Assembly (NCBI RefSeq): GCF_037042905.1
Contig: NC_087245.1
Coordinates: 43,588,001 to 43,652,000, forward strand
DNA length: 64,000 nucleotides
Direction: 5' to 3'
From: Lytechinus pictus
Lineage: Eukaryota
Numbering within the stretch: position 1 is the first letter of the stretch; every line of letters starts with the position of its first letter. The notes under the pieces were generated by a model. It was given only the letters and a program-made list of their open reading frames with translations, did not search any database and was not told the DNA's origin. Both the position numbers and the translations under genes were made by a program. Below are positions 27,901-41,466 of the stretch, piece by piece.

Positions 27901-29559
27901 AATAAAGGCAATAACTCAGAAAGAGTAAGAACTAAGCTACAACATATCAAAAATTGGGTGAAAATTGACCAATATTCACGGAGTTAGAGCAAGATTTGCA
28001 TAATTATAATGACGTCATAATAGGCAAAATGGATTTTTTGAATTCCGACGCCATTTTGATGACGTCATAATATAATTGAGGGTCAAATGAGACATGAAAT
28101 TATATCTCTAGTTCATACTCTATCAAAATATGAAAAAAAAATTGGGGGTCCCCATGCGTTCTGAAGAGCTACAGCGGATTTTTCTATAGGCATGTTTTTG
28201 CCCATATATGGCCTATAGTGAGAGCTCGCGCGCACACGTGCTGCAAACTTTAACGGGTGTTAATTTCCTTATTAATGGTCGTAGAAGGTTGATCAAGGTA
28301 TCAAATTGCTCAAAATTATATGATCAATGCAATGAAATAAAAAAAAACGGTGTTTCTGAGTTGCATTGAGGCGTTACGCGCGGAAACGCGCGCGCATACG
28401 TTTGCGCGCGCAATTTTTTGAAATGCTTAAAATGACCTAAAACGTACTCTGTTTTGGTCAAAAAGTGATTTTTAGCATTTTAAAATTTTGACGCGCGCGT
28501 ACGCGCGCGTCGTGACCTTCAGGTGACCTTTGATGACATGACCTGATGACCCTTGATCTGAAGTTTATGTCATGTGAATTTGATTTATTTTTGATATTTG
28601 ATAATGGAGATATGATTGATAATGTGATTTTACAAAATGGCGTCTAGATGACGTCATGATGACGTCATGACATTAAGATTCTTGCAGAATTGAGGTCTTA
28701 TTGATGTTGATATGTGCTGATATTTTGATGATTATTGAATATGAACTTTCTGAGATTTGCTGTCCACAAGAAATGGAGGAAATAAAAATAAGAAATAATA
28801 AATAATAAACTAGATTTTAATTCGTCATGCGGACGAATTAGGTGGTCTGTCGTATAGATAGATAAACAGGAAAAAAATATTTAAACAGATATTAGATTGA
28901 AAAATAGATAGACAAACAGATTTACATAATCAAACAGATACATACAAGAAAGATAATTATATTAGATGGATGGAGTGATGGATGGAGAGATAAATTATAG
29001 GTGGTTATATTAATAAAACATAGACATATAAAGATAGATATAGAGAGACAGACATATAGATAGAGAGACAGACATATAGATAGATAGAGAGACAGACTTA
29101 TAGATAGAGAGATAGATTGATAGATATATAGATAGATAGAGAGATGATTGGTGGTTATATTAATAAAACATATATAAACATATAGATAGAAAGAGAGACA
29201 GACAGACAGATAGATAGACAGATAGATAGACAGACATATATATAGATAGAGAGACAGACATATCATGAAGCTATTACGAGCTATCTCGTAATAGCTTTAT
29301 GCTGCGTGGTCCTATCGCGTTATGTAAGCGGGCTCTAACTTTCGCCTGGCGGCTCGCCAATTGATGTTAGATATCGTTCCTTCGCCCGAAGGAAGCGATA
29401 ACAAAGGATTAAGAGAGAAATTGGAAGATGGTTCTCCTTCTCGTGATAGCTTCATGGATAGATAGACAGACATATAGATAGACAAACATATAGATAGACA
29501 GAGAGACAGAAATATAGATAGATAGAGAGACAGACATATAGATAGATATATAGATAGAC

Positions 29560-29590
<31 letters not shown>

Positions 29591-32437
29591 CATATAGATA
29601 GATACAGAGACAGACATATAGATTGATAGAGATCGAGACAGAGATAGATAGAGAGACAGACATATAGATGAATAGAGAGACAGACATATAGATAGATAGA
29701 TAGATAGATAGACAGATAGATAGATAGATAGAGAGACAGACAGACAGATAGATAGATAGATATATAGATAGATAGATAGATAGAGACAGGCAGATGGATG
29801 GATAGATAGATAGACATATCTAAACAGATAGATACATATATATTAGACAGAGAGAGAGAGAGAGAGATAAACAGACAGATAGATATACAATGTAGGTAGA
29901 TAGACAGACAGACATATGGATAGATAGAGAGAGAGGGACGTATTCAAACAGAAAGATATATATTAGACAGAGAGATAGATATGTCATGTAGGTAGATAGA
30001 CAGACAGATAAATAGATATGATATAAAAAAGTAATTATAATCTGTTTTATTTTGCAATATTTTAGCTATTATTTGTTAGAATTCTTATAATTGATCGTGG
30101 GCAAGATAGCTAAAAAAAAAAAAAAAAAAAAAAAATCATGTTCACCCGCGGACTCGAACCCCTGCCTGCATGATGGAATGAGAAGTAAGTCTGACGCCTA
30201 ACCGATTGAGCTAGAATATTTCCCATAGACTTAACACGTAAGCAAAACACCGGAATCTCAAATCCAATCTTGCAAGTGAATTACGGGCATGATCCCGACA
30301 TCTGATCGGAAAATGAAGGAAACGCAACCGAAAGCTTAGAATCTCAGCTACAACATACTAAAAGCTCAGGGATAACTAGCAACAAAAATTGGAGATATGG
30401 CTTACGAAATAGAAGAATGTAGAATCTAGTTTTGAGAAAAAGTCATGTCCCATAGAGATTACACGCAAAATGAGTAAAAATGACATGCCATTATTATTTG
30501 CAATTTTTGAGGATGATTTGTCTATCAAAATGAAAAATAAAGGCAATAACTCAGAAAGAGTAAGAACTAAGCTACAACATATCAAAAATTGGGTGAAAAT
30601 TGACCAATATTCACGGAGTTAGAGCAAGATTTGCATAATTATAATGACGTCATAATAGGCAAAATGGATTTTTTGAATTCCGACGCCATTTTGATGACGT
30701 CATAATATACTTGAGGGTCAAATGAGACATGAAATTATATCTCTAGTTCATACTCTATCAAAATATGAAAAAAAAAATGGGGGTCCCCATGCGTTCTGAA
30801 GAGCTACAGCGGATTTTCTATAGGCATGTTTTTGCCCATATATGGCCTATAGTGAGAGCTCGCGCGCACACGTGCTGCAAACTTTAACGGGTGTTAATTT
30901 CCTTATTAATGGTCGTAGAAGGTTGATCAAGGTATCAAATTGCTCAAAATTATATGATCAATGCAATGAAATAAAAAAAAACGGTGTTTCTGAGTTGCAT
31001 TGAGGCGTTACGCGCGGAAACGCGCGCGCATACGTTTGCGCGCGCAATTTTTTGAAATGCTTAAAATGACCTGAAACGTACTCTGTTTTGGTCAAAAAGT
31101 GATTTTTAGCATTTTTAAATTTTGACGCGCGCGTACGCGCGCGTCGTGACCTTCAGGTGACCTTTGATGACATGACCTGATGACCCTTGATCTAAAGTTT
31201 ATGTCATGTAAATTTGATTGATTTTTGATAATTGATAATGGAGATATGATTGATAATGTGATTTTACAAAATGGCGTCTAGATGACGTCATGATGACGTC
31301 ATGACATTAAGATTCTTGCAGAATTGAGGTCTTATTGATGTTGATATGTGCTGATATTTTGATGATTATTGAATATGAACTTTCTGAGATTTGCTGTCCA
31401 CAAGAAATGGAGGAAATAAAAATAAGAAATAAATAAAAATAAAGAAAGAAAATTCGGACAAACATAAGAGGTGATCTGTCATAGACAGACCACCTAATAA
31501 TAAAGAAAGAAAATTCGGACAAACATAATAGGTGATCTGTCATAGACAGACCACCTAACTAGATTTTAATTCGTCATGCGGACGAATTAGGTGGTCTGTC
31601 GTATAGATAGATAAACAGGAAAAAAATATTTAAACAGATATTAGATTGAAAAATAGATAGACAAACAGATTTACATAATCAAACAGATACATACAAGAAA
31701 GATAACTAGATTTTAATTCGTCATGCGGACGAATTAGGTGGTCTGTCGTATAGATAGATAAACAGGAAAAAAATATTTAAACAGATATTAGATTGAAAAA
31801 TAGATAGACAAACATATTTACATAATCAAACAGATACATACAAGAAAGATAATTATATTAGATGGATGGAGTGATGGATGGAGAGATAAATTATAGGTGG
31901 TTATATTAATAAAACATAGACATATATAGATAGATATAGAGAGACAGACATATAGATAGAGAGACAGACATATAGATAGATAGAGAGACAGACTTATAGA
32001 TAGAGAGATAGATTGATAGATATATAGATATATAGATAGATAGAGAGATGATTGGTGGTTATATTAATAAAACATATATAAACATATAGATAGAAAGAGA
32101 GACAGACAGATAGATAGATAGACAGATAGATAGACAGACATATATATAGATAGAGAGACAGACATATCATGAAGCTATTACGAGCTATCTCGTAATAGCT
32201 TCATGCTGCGTGGTCCTATCGCGTTATGTAAGCGGGCTCTAACTTTCGCCTGGCGGCTCGCCAATTGATGTTAGATATCGTTCCTTCGCCCGAAGGAAGC
32301 GATAACAAAGGATTAAGAGAGAAATTGGAAGATGGTTCTCCTTCTCGTGATAGCTTCATGGATAGATAGACAGACATATAGATAGACAGAGAGACAGAAA
32401 TATAGATAGATAGAGAGACAGACATATAGATAGATAT

Positions 32438-32478
<41 letters not shown>

Positions 32479-35400
32479 CATATAGATAGATACAGAGACA
32501 GACATATAGATTGATAGAGATCGAGACAGAGATAGATAGAGATACAGACATATAGATGAATAGAGAGACAGACATATAGATAGATAGATAGATAGATAGA
32601 CAGATAGATAGATAGATAGAGAGACAGACAGACAGATAGATAGATAGATATATAGATAGATAGATAGATAGAGACAGGCAGATGGATGGATAGATAGATA
32701 GACATATCTAAACAGATAGATACATATATATTAGACAGAGAGAGAGAGAGAGAGATAAACAGACAGATAGATATACAATGTAGGTAGATAGACAGACAGA
32801 CATATGGATAGATAGAGAGAGAGGGACGTATTGAAACAGAAAGATATATATTAGACAGAGAGATAGATATGTCATGTAGGTAGATAGACAGACAGATAAA
32901 TAGATATGATATAAAAAAGTAATTATAATCTGTTTTATTTTGCAATATTTTAGCTATTATTTGTTAGAATTCTTATAATTGATCGTGGGCAAGATAGCTA
33001 AAAAAAAAAAAAAAAAAAAAAAAATCATGTTCACCCGCGGACTCGAACCCCTGCCTGCATGATGGAATGAGAAGTAAGTCTGACGCCTAACCGATTGAGC
33101 TAGAATATTTCCCATAGACTTAACACGTAAGCAAAACACCAGAATCTCAAATCCAATCTTGCAAGTGAATTACGGGCATGATCCCGACATCTGATCGGAA
33201 AATGAAGGAAACGCAACCGAAAGCTTAGAATCTCAGCTACAACATACTAAAAGCTCAGGGATAACTAGCAACAAAAATTGGAGATATGGCTTACGAAATA
33301 GAAGAATGTAGAATCTAGTTTTGAGAAAAAGTCATGTCCCATAGAGATTACACGCAAAATGAGTAAAAATGACATGCCATTATTATTTGCAATTTTTGAG
33401 GATGATTTGTCTATCAAAATGAAAAATAAAGGCAATAACTCAGAAAGAGTAAGAACTAAGCTACAACATATCAAAAATTGGGTGAAAATTGACCAATATT
33501 CACGGAGTTAGAGCAAGATTTGCATAATTATAATGACGTCATAATAGGCAAAATGGATTTTTTGAATTCCGACGCCATTTTGATGACGTCATAATATAAT
33601 TGAGGGTCAAATGAGACATGAAATTATATCTCTAGTTCATACTCTATCAAAATATGAAAAAAAAATTGGGGGTCCCCATGCGTTCTGAAGAGCTACAGTG
33701 GATTTTCTATAGGCATGTTTTTGCCCATATATGGCCTATAGTGAGAGCTCGCGCGCACACGTGCTGCAAACTTTAACGGGTGTTAATTTCCTTATTAATG
33801 GTCGTAGAAGGTTGATCAAGGTATCAAATTGCTCAAAATTATATGATCAATGCAATGAAATAAAAAAAACGGTGTTTCTGAGTTGCATTCAAGGCGTTAC
33901 GCGCGGAAACGCGCGCGCATACGTTTGCGCGCGCAATTTTTTGAAATGCTTAAAATGACCTAAAACGTACTCTGTTTTGGTCAAAAAGTGATTTTTAGCA
34001 TTTTAAAATTTTGACGCGCGCGTACGCGCGCGTCGTGACCTTCAGGTGACCTTTGATGACATGACCTGATGACCCTTGATCTGAAGTTTATGTCATGTGA
34101 ATTTGATTTATTTTTGATAATTGATAATGGAGATATGATTGATAATGTGATTTTACAAAATGGCGTCTAGATGACGTCATGATGACGTCATGACATTAAG
34201 ATTCTTGCAGAATTGAGGTCTTATTGATGTTGATATGTGGTGATATTTTGATGATTATTGAATATGAACTTTCTGAGATTTGCTGTCCACAAGAAATGGA
34301 GGAAATAAAAATAAGAAATAAATAAAAATAAAGAAAATTCGGACAAACATAAGAGGTGATCTGTCATAGACAGACCACCTAAAAATAAATAAAAATAAAG
34401 AAAATTCGGACAAACATAAAAGGTGATCTGTCATAGACAGACCACCTAATAAATAAATAAAGAAAGAAAATTCGGACAAACATAAGAGGTGATCTGTCAT
34501 AGACAGACCACCTAATAAAGAAAGAAAATTCGGACAAACATAAGAGGTGATCTGTCATAGACAGACCACCTAATAAATAAATAAATAAATAAAGAAAGAA
34601 AATTCGGACAAACATAAGAGGTGATCTGTCATAGACAGACCACCTAATTATATTAGATGGATGGAGTGATGGATGGAGAGATAAATTATAGGTGGTTATA
34701 TTAATAAAACATAGACATATAAAGATAGATATAGAGAGACAGACATATAGATAGAGAGACAGACATATAGATAGATAGAGAGACAGACTTATAGATAAAG
34801 AGATAGATTGATAGATATATAGATATATAGATAGATACCCTTACAAAAAATTCCTGTAGTACTCTGTGATATGTACTGCAGGAAGTATCGCAGGAAAGTA
34901 CTGCAGGAATTACGTGCACGTAATTTGGGACGGTACTACAGAAATGTACAACAGGAGTACAACAGGTCCGTGTCCTGTGATACTTCCTGTGGTAATAACC
35001 GCATAAGTATGGCAGGAAGTATGACAGGACACGATCACCACAACCGCTACAACCGCTACAACCACTACCACACTACTATTAGTACTACAGGACAGTATCA
35101 CAGGATAGTATCACAGGATAGTATCACATGATAGTATGACAGGACAGTATGACAGGATAGTATGACAGGACAGTATGACAGGACAGTACTACAGGAATAC
35201 CGCAGACCAGTATCACAGGGAAGTACTACAGAACAGTATCGCAGGACAGTACTACAGGAGTACCGCAGGCTTCTGGTACTGTGTCCTGTAGTACTGTCCT
35301 GTGATACTGGTCTGGTATTCCTGTAGTACTGTCCTGTGATACTGGTCTGGTATTCCTGTAGTACTGTCCTGTGATACTGGTCTGGTATTCCTGTAGTACT

Positions 35401-36210
35401 GTCCTGTGATACTGGTCTCGTATTCCTGTAGTACTGTCCTGTGATACTGGTCTGGTATTCCTGTAGTACTGTCCTGTGATACTATCCTGTGGTGATAAAT
35501 AGTATCACAGGACAGTATGACAGGACAGTACTTTAGGAATTCCGCAGACCAGTATCACAGGAAAGTACTACAGAACAGTACTACAGGACAGTACTGCAGG
35601 AATACCAAGAGACCTTACCGCAGGACAATTCCTGCAGTACTGTCCTGTGGTATTCCTGTGATACTGATCTTTGATATCTTCTGTGGCATTATTGGTCTCA
35701 TCCTGCAGCCTTCTTGTGATACTTTACTGTGGTAATCCTGCAGGGGTATTCTTGTTGATTTCCTGTGACAATCCTATGGTATTGTCCTGTAGTAGTCTGT
35801 GCGATTTTCTCACGACACCGTCCTGCACTGGTTTGTTAGGCGTAGTAGTTTGTAAGAATTTCCTGTGATCCAGCACAACAACTTTGACATCTTGACTAAT
35901 GAAAAGAGGCGTGAAAAAACCCACAAATTTGCAAAGACGTTAAAAGCATATTCACATACCTTTATTATGTATGAGCTGTACTATGCACAGTATAGAACAT
36001 CTTTGATATCATAAATGACTGCTAGAATAATGCAGTAACATTTCATCTTTAGGATAAGACATGTACAAAGATTTATATCCATGAACATTGAGATGCCACA
36101 TGAACTACTTTCACTATTCATACATTGCTGCCATTTTGAGATCACATAAAGAAAGCTAGATTCGACCCAGAATCCTTCCCTCTAACACAACAATAAGCGA
36201 TTATTATTAA

Positions 36211-36382
36211 TACCTTGGTCACATTCCTTGACCGGTTGCCTTACGGCGAGACAAAATCAGCAGTTTTAGGTATTCCTGTACAAACCACCCACGTGTAGCT
36301 GGTAGTAGCTGGTACAAGGATGATTAAGACTGTTAATTTTGACTCGACGTAAGGCCACGAGCCGGCGAATGTAACCAAGGCT
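36211..36382. mobile_element. PIF/Harbinger-like MITE
   Basis: TACCTTGGTCACATTC / GAATGTAACCAAGGCT flanked by TAA on both sides. Confidence 0.6.
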
Positions 36383-38095
36383 TAACCAGTATTATGGTTG
36401 CAAAAAAAACTGTAATAGCTGAGCAATTGCATTTTCCCCTTCTTGTCAACACCCGATTGGCTTAATACTAAAAGCAGAACATCCTTTACTCAACCATGTT
36501 ATGAAACAATGGATAACCACTTCTGCATGTACAGATAATGCATGGTGCACATACAGTAAGGGATGAAATTATGATGTGTTGATCACCAGTATAAACTTAA
36601 AGTACATGAACGTAATCATAATCACTTCATTTTGCTCAGAATTCACTTAAGTCCATAAATACTGAAAGATATTTTTGAATGAATTTCACATGATTTAGAA
36701 CGTTCACCATAGGTTAGAAAAAATATGAACATAAGATTACTTTGCCAAAACGTAGATCAAATCTATTGAGACATTAACCTTTTTGACATTGAATAGGCAT
36801 ATCATTTTACACAGTCTTCTTGTCTAAGAATTGCTCCAACTACGTATTGAAGGGTTATATATGAATGTAAGCATGAGCCCATCATAAACACGAAATTGCG
36901 GCATGTAATTTGATTTGCTACATGTCATAATTGATAACTAAATGACGTTCAATACTTGATGTTGCTACATAAAATAATTAAGGTCATGTGGCAATGTGAA
37001 TTCATACCTACTCGAGTCATTAAGTAATTTCAATTAGTATATGACCTAATTAATTATGACATATAGCTCAAAATTGACTTGAATAATTATGACCAATTTG
37101 ATTGACCTCAATTATTTGAAGAAGCAACATCAATTATTTAACATAAGCACTCTCAATCGAGGTGGAGTAACTCTTCTTTAGGTCATGTTTTATAGTACTG
37201 ATTTATTACAATTCTAATGTAATTTCAATTCAATTTCCGATATCTAACTTTCAGTTCAGATTTCCATTTCAATCTTAATTTTAATGTCAATAACAGTATT
37301 TTTTTCAAATGCTACCCAGGGGGTAGCATTTGCACGTGTATATCATAATTGACTATATGTGATTGTTTGATTTTCTGTAAATATGTTCATTTTCTATGCT
37401 ATGCTATGTATGTTCAATACCATGTAAAAATGCAAATTTCCACTTATTTATTTATCTGGACAATAAATACTACCTTATGAACCTTATGAACCTTATGTTA
37501 CTATTCGAATTGGAACATGTCATTGTTTAGGTCATGCAGCAATTCAAATTACTTGCTCAAGTAAACAATTACAATTGTAATATCACGCAAAATGAATTAG
37601 CTGTACATGACATAATTCTGTTCTTTGATGGGCTTATGCTTCCATATATTAAGTAAATGGCTTTAATTCTTAATGATTATCCAAAAATTCATATACATAA
37701 AATAAACCAATATAAAGAGCATCATATCCAAAGTGATCACCAGTTCACCCAATGTTACAGTACAAAAATAAAAAGCTGATTTTCTTATGTACTTTCACAC
37801 ATGTTATACATGTGCACTGTATGTCACTTGACCCTGGCAGACAATAGAATTGACAAGCAGTGAGTCCTACATGTACATGTAGCTGCCTGGTTTGCATACT
37901 TTAATGTTATATGAATTTCAATCATGGCCATGTGCTGTTTATACACTAAATGGAGGGATCTTGTCATAATGTTATGTCAATTAAAAACTGAATAAAATCC
38001 CAATTATCCTGAATAGCTAGACTAGCCCCCTTGCAATGGACATTGTAATCTTGTTTTCTTTTACCTTTCATTATTTTTGAAAATTTTCATACAAC

Positions 38096-39022
38096 TAGGG
38101 CTGGGACTAAAACCCGGGTACCCGAGTAGAAAAATCAATACCCGATACCCGAAAATTGCTCACCAGTATAATGTACATGTATTTGATTTGTATTGCGTAG
38201 TGTAAGACATGATTGTAACTCATTACAAAAGTACACAAGCCTCATTTTGAATTTCACCAATTACCCTCTAAATATCCATAAATATACAAGTTTTCAAGTG
38301 ATGATGATGTGACCGAGATCGTTCAATCATCGCCATGTTTCTTTTGCAGTGCAGTGACGTCATCCAGCCACTGCGACGCAAACCAATTTATGAATGAAAA
38401 TATAGTAAGCATGCGCATTGCAAGCCTCAGCCCCACGCAGTATTACGTCAAAACAAGTCTGCAATACTCTGTCACCTCATACCAAAATCGACCTACGAAG
38501 CACCAGCCAATCACGTTCTTGTTACCATTTTTAGTTCATCATAAACCGAAAATGGGAACACGATCGTGATTGGCTGGCGCATTTGACGCTCCGAAACCCG
38601 GAAATCAATTGACTTTGTTCACGTAGCGATACAAACTCACGAACACGATGTAATATCGATGCTACTTCGTAAGATTTTGACGGAAAAGCAAGAATAAAAA
38701 TTTGCTTACCTGTGCAGTATCGGTGAGAAAACCTTTTATAATTCATATGATATATAGGAAAGTGGAATTCTAGGTCGATTTTGGTACGAGGTGACAGAGT
38801 ATTGAAACTTGTTTCGATGGAATACTGCGTGGGGCACGGGAGGCTTGCAATGCGCATGCTTACTATATTTTCATTCATAAATTGGCTTGCATCGCATTGG
38901 CTTGATGACGTCACCTATGGGGTTTTTCCACCAGTCATATTTCAAGTGACATGATTTTCAGGTACCCACCCAAAAATTACCACGGGTACCCGAAGAGAAA
39001 AAACCCGAAAGTCCCAGGCCTA
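38096..39022. mobile_element. hAT-like non-autonomous element containing an internal inverted-repeat module (~38353-38913)
   Basis: TIR TAGGGCTGGGACT/AGTCCCAGGCCTA; 8-bp TSD CATACAAC at 38088-38095 and 39023-39030. Confidence 0.85.
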
Positions 39023-40479
39023 CATACAACTCTTTGTTGTTTTTTTTACTTTATCAAAGCTTTTATGATTATAAATGTAATTAAATAATTTGACTTGATA
39101 AATGTATATTACTGGTATACTAATTGTGAATTTTTAGCAAGAAACAGTATTTGTGTTGGATTAATACATAAAAATGTTGCGAAATTTCGGAACAGCGTAC
39201 CCAGGCATCACAAATTTGGTCTCAAAAGATGTGCAAGACTTGAAAGTAAAAAGGCAGCTAACAGCCTCCCAGTTATTAACCCTTAGTTAAATTGGACCAA
39301 TTTGACCCTCCCCCCCTTCCAAAAATTTTGCGACCATGCTGTCGCACAATTTTTTTAAAACATGCCTCTTTCTAGTCTTGTGCATCTTTTGAGACCAATC
39401 TTGTGTCACCCGGTACGTGGTTCTGTAATAACGTGACATTATGTAAGTACATGTCATACCAAAAATTGCTCAAAAACGTGATTTTGTGTACAAAGTCAAT
39501 GCAATAGAGGAAAAAGTATGATTTTGTATTCTAATTACGCATAAATTAGTATTATCACTTACTAACAATTTGCGTGAAATAATTTACAATTTAATTTTGT
39601 AAATTATGCCCTAGACAACCCATGTGCCAATGTTAGACGCGATTGTGCGGTCAAGATCTCAAGGAAGGGGGGGGGCCCTGGAAACCCCCCCTCCCCCCTT
39701 CCCCGGCCATATCAACTCCCAAAATACCCTGGCTTTAGTTGACTTTCTGGCTCCTCTTGAGTAGTCACCATTCATTGGACAGCTTGTTTTTATCCAAGTC
39801 TGTATAGCACGAGGCAGCTTAATCTGTAGAAAAAAAAACACATACCATTACGATAACATGAACAACATAAAAATACAAGAAATAAGGTGTTTTGCCCCCA
39901 TCTAGATCTCTTTTCACAAGTACATATCTATCGGATAATGAGGTCCTTGCGGCTATCTCTCTTAGCATATTCTTGCTTATAAAAGCAAACTAAGCCGAAG
40001 AGTGACAAACAATTTATAATGCAAACAAATTGTCATAAGCACATATTGAAACTCTTTAATAAAACAATGAAGAATAAATCTACATCTTCTAACAAGGATT
40101 ACACTGTATGCCACTGCATGAATACAATCTGCTTAATTTTGTAATTATAATATCTACTGAAGTGAATGCCTATATAATCACCTTTTATGAACTCCAACCG
40201 TGTCTTGTACAAGAACATGGCCTTTTCTGTGTACACCTGTAGTATCTTTCCCACATAATGCTGGACTTGCTGCTCGATCATCCAGAGATCCCTCTTTGAA
40301 TCTTTAATGAAATGAAATGAATTTGAGTGACATAGTAAAATTTTATTTGCAGGTTAATACAAATACATGATGTAATAAAAATACATGATAAAACTTCTTC
40401 ATTTCCATATTTCAGTGTTACAATTCAGGTGCAAAGAGTCATATTCTTTAATAATATTCAACATAAAATCAATGAAAAC

Positions 40480-41466
40480 TAGTGCTGTTGTCGATAGGCC
40501 TCATATCGACATTGATGTCGACATACGAAGGATTTTCAAAATTCCGACATGTCGACATGCACGCACCCACATCGACATGTAAACATAAAATAAAAAGGGG
40601 TCTAGCCTACAATCACGAGTGTAAAGATTAGCTGAAAAGTTAGAAGCATTTATCCACAGTAATTGGCGCGATTAAAAGGTTTATTCAGCTTAGCAGCGCA
40701 TTAAATGAAAAAAGAATATCTGCGAGCTGTGCGGCAGTAGAAATACGTCAGTGCAGGGCCGGCCTGCCCGATCGAGCCGCCCTCGATATCCCGTTATAGC
40801 GAGAGTAGCATTCACCGTACCCATCCACGGAAATATGCACCCATCGCGCGCTATTCACCGTGCTTGATAATACGTTGCTCCTCAATGCATTACTTTTCAC
40901 ATAAACGTGAGCAGCAGCGAACACGTGTTTTTGTCAAAGTTGTGACTGCCGCAATTGAGCGCTTACTTCATATCACGAAGTCACAGAAAACTTCCCTTCA
41001 TTCGTTTGGAGATCGTTGCACGGATCGCCGCGGAAGTGATACTGAAATTATCGGTCGATTTTCATTACTTTTCATTGTCAAATTGAGGAGCTTGCGTTTG
41101 CAGCAATGATCACTGTTGTAATTGGTGATTCTCAAATTGGCTACGAGTGTTATTGAGCAATGCTTTCGAAACCGGATCCTGGTACAAAAACTTGATTCTC
41201 CAGAAAAAAAATGTGGATTAAATCAGTGATTTTGGAAGCTCAATTCCCGAACTGAGCCTGTATTATATAGATCTAGTGTGGGGATATCACTCGTGTCAAG
41301 GTGAATATATTTGATTGAGAGTGTTGTTCCACGATCGAATGCTTTTTTTTTATGTTAGGGAGCCCAGGCTAAATTACGGTCCCTTTTTCATGTCGACATT
41401 GTCGATGTCGGGATTAATTTTTAAGCGACATGTCGACATGGATTTTTGTTCCCGACAACAGCACTA
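40480..41466. mobile_element. hAT-like non-autonomous element
   Basis: Perfect 14-bp TIR TAGTGCTGTTGTCG; 8-bp TSD ATGAAAAC at 40472-40479 and 41467-41474. Confidence 0.88.

Noticed and set aside
34331..34647. CRISPR-like look of ~50-bp repeats with short variable spacers
   Set aside because: Eukaryotic context, spacers are (TAAA)n microsatellite, repeats are element 5' termini, and there are no cas genes.
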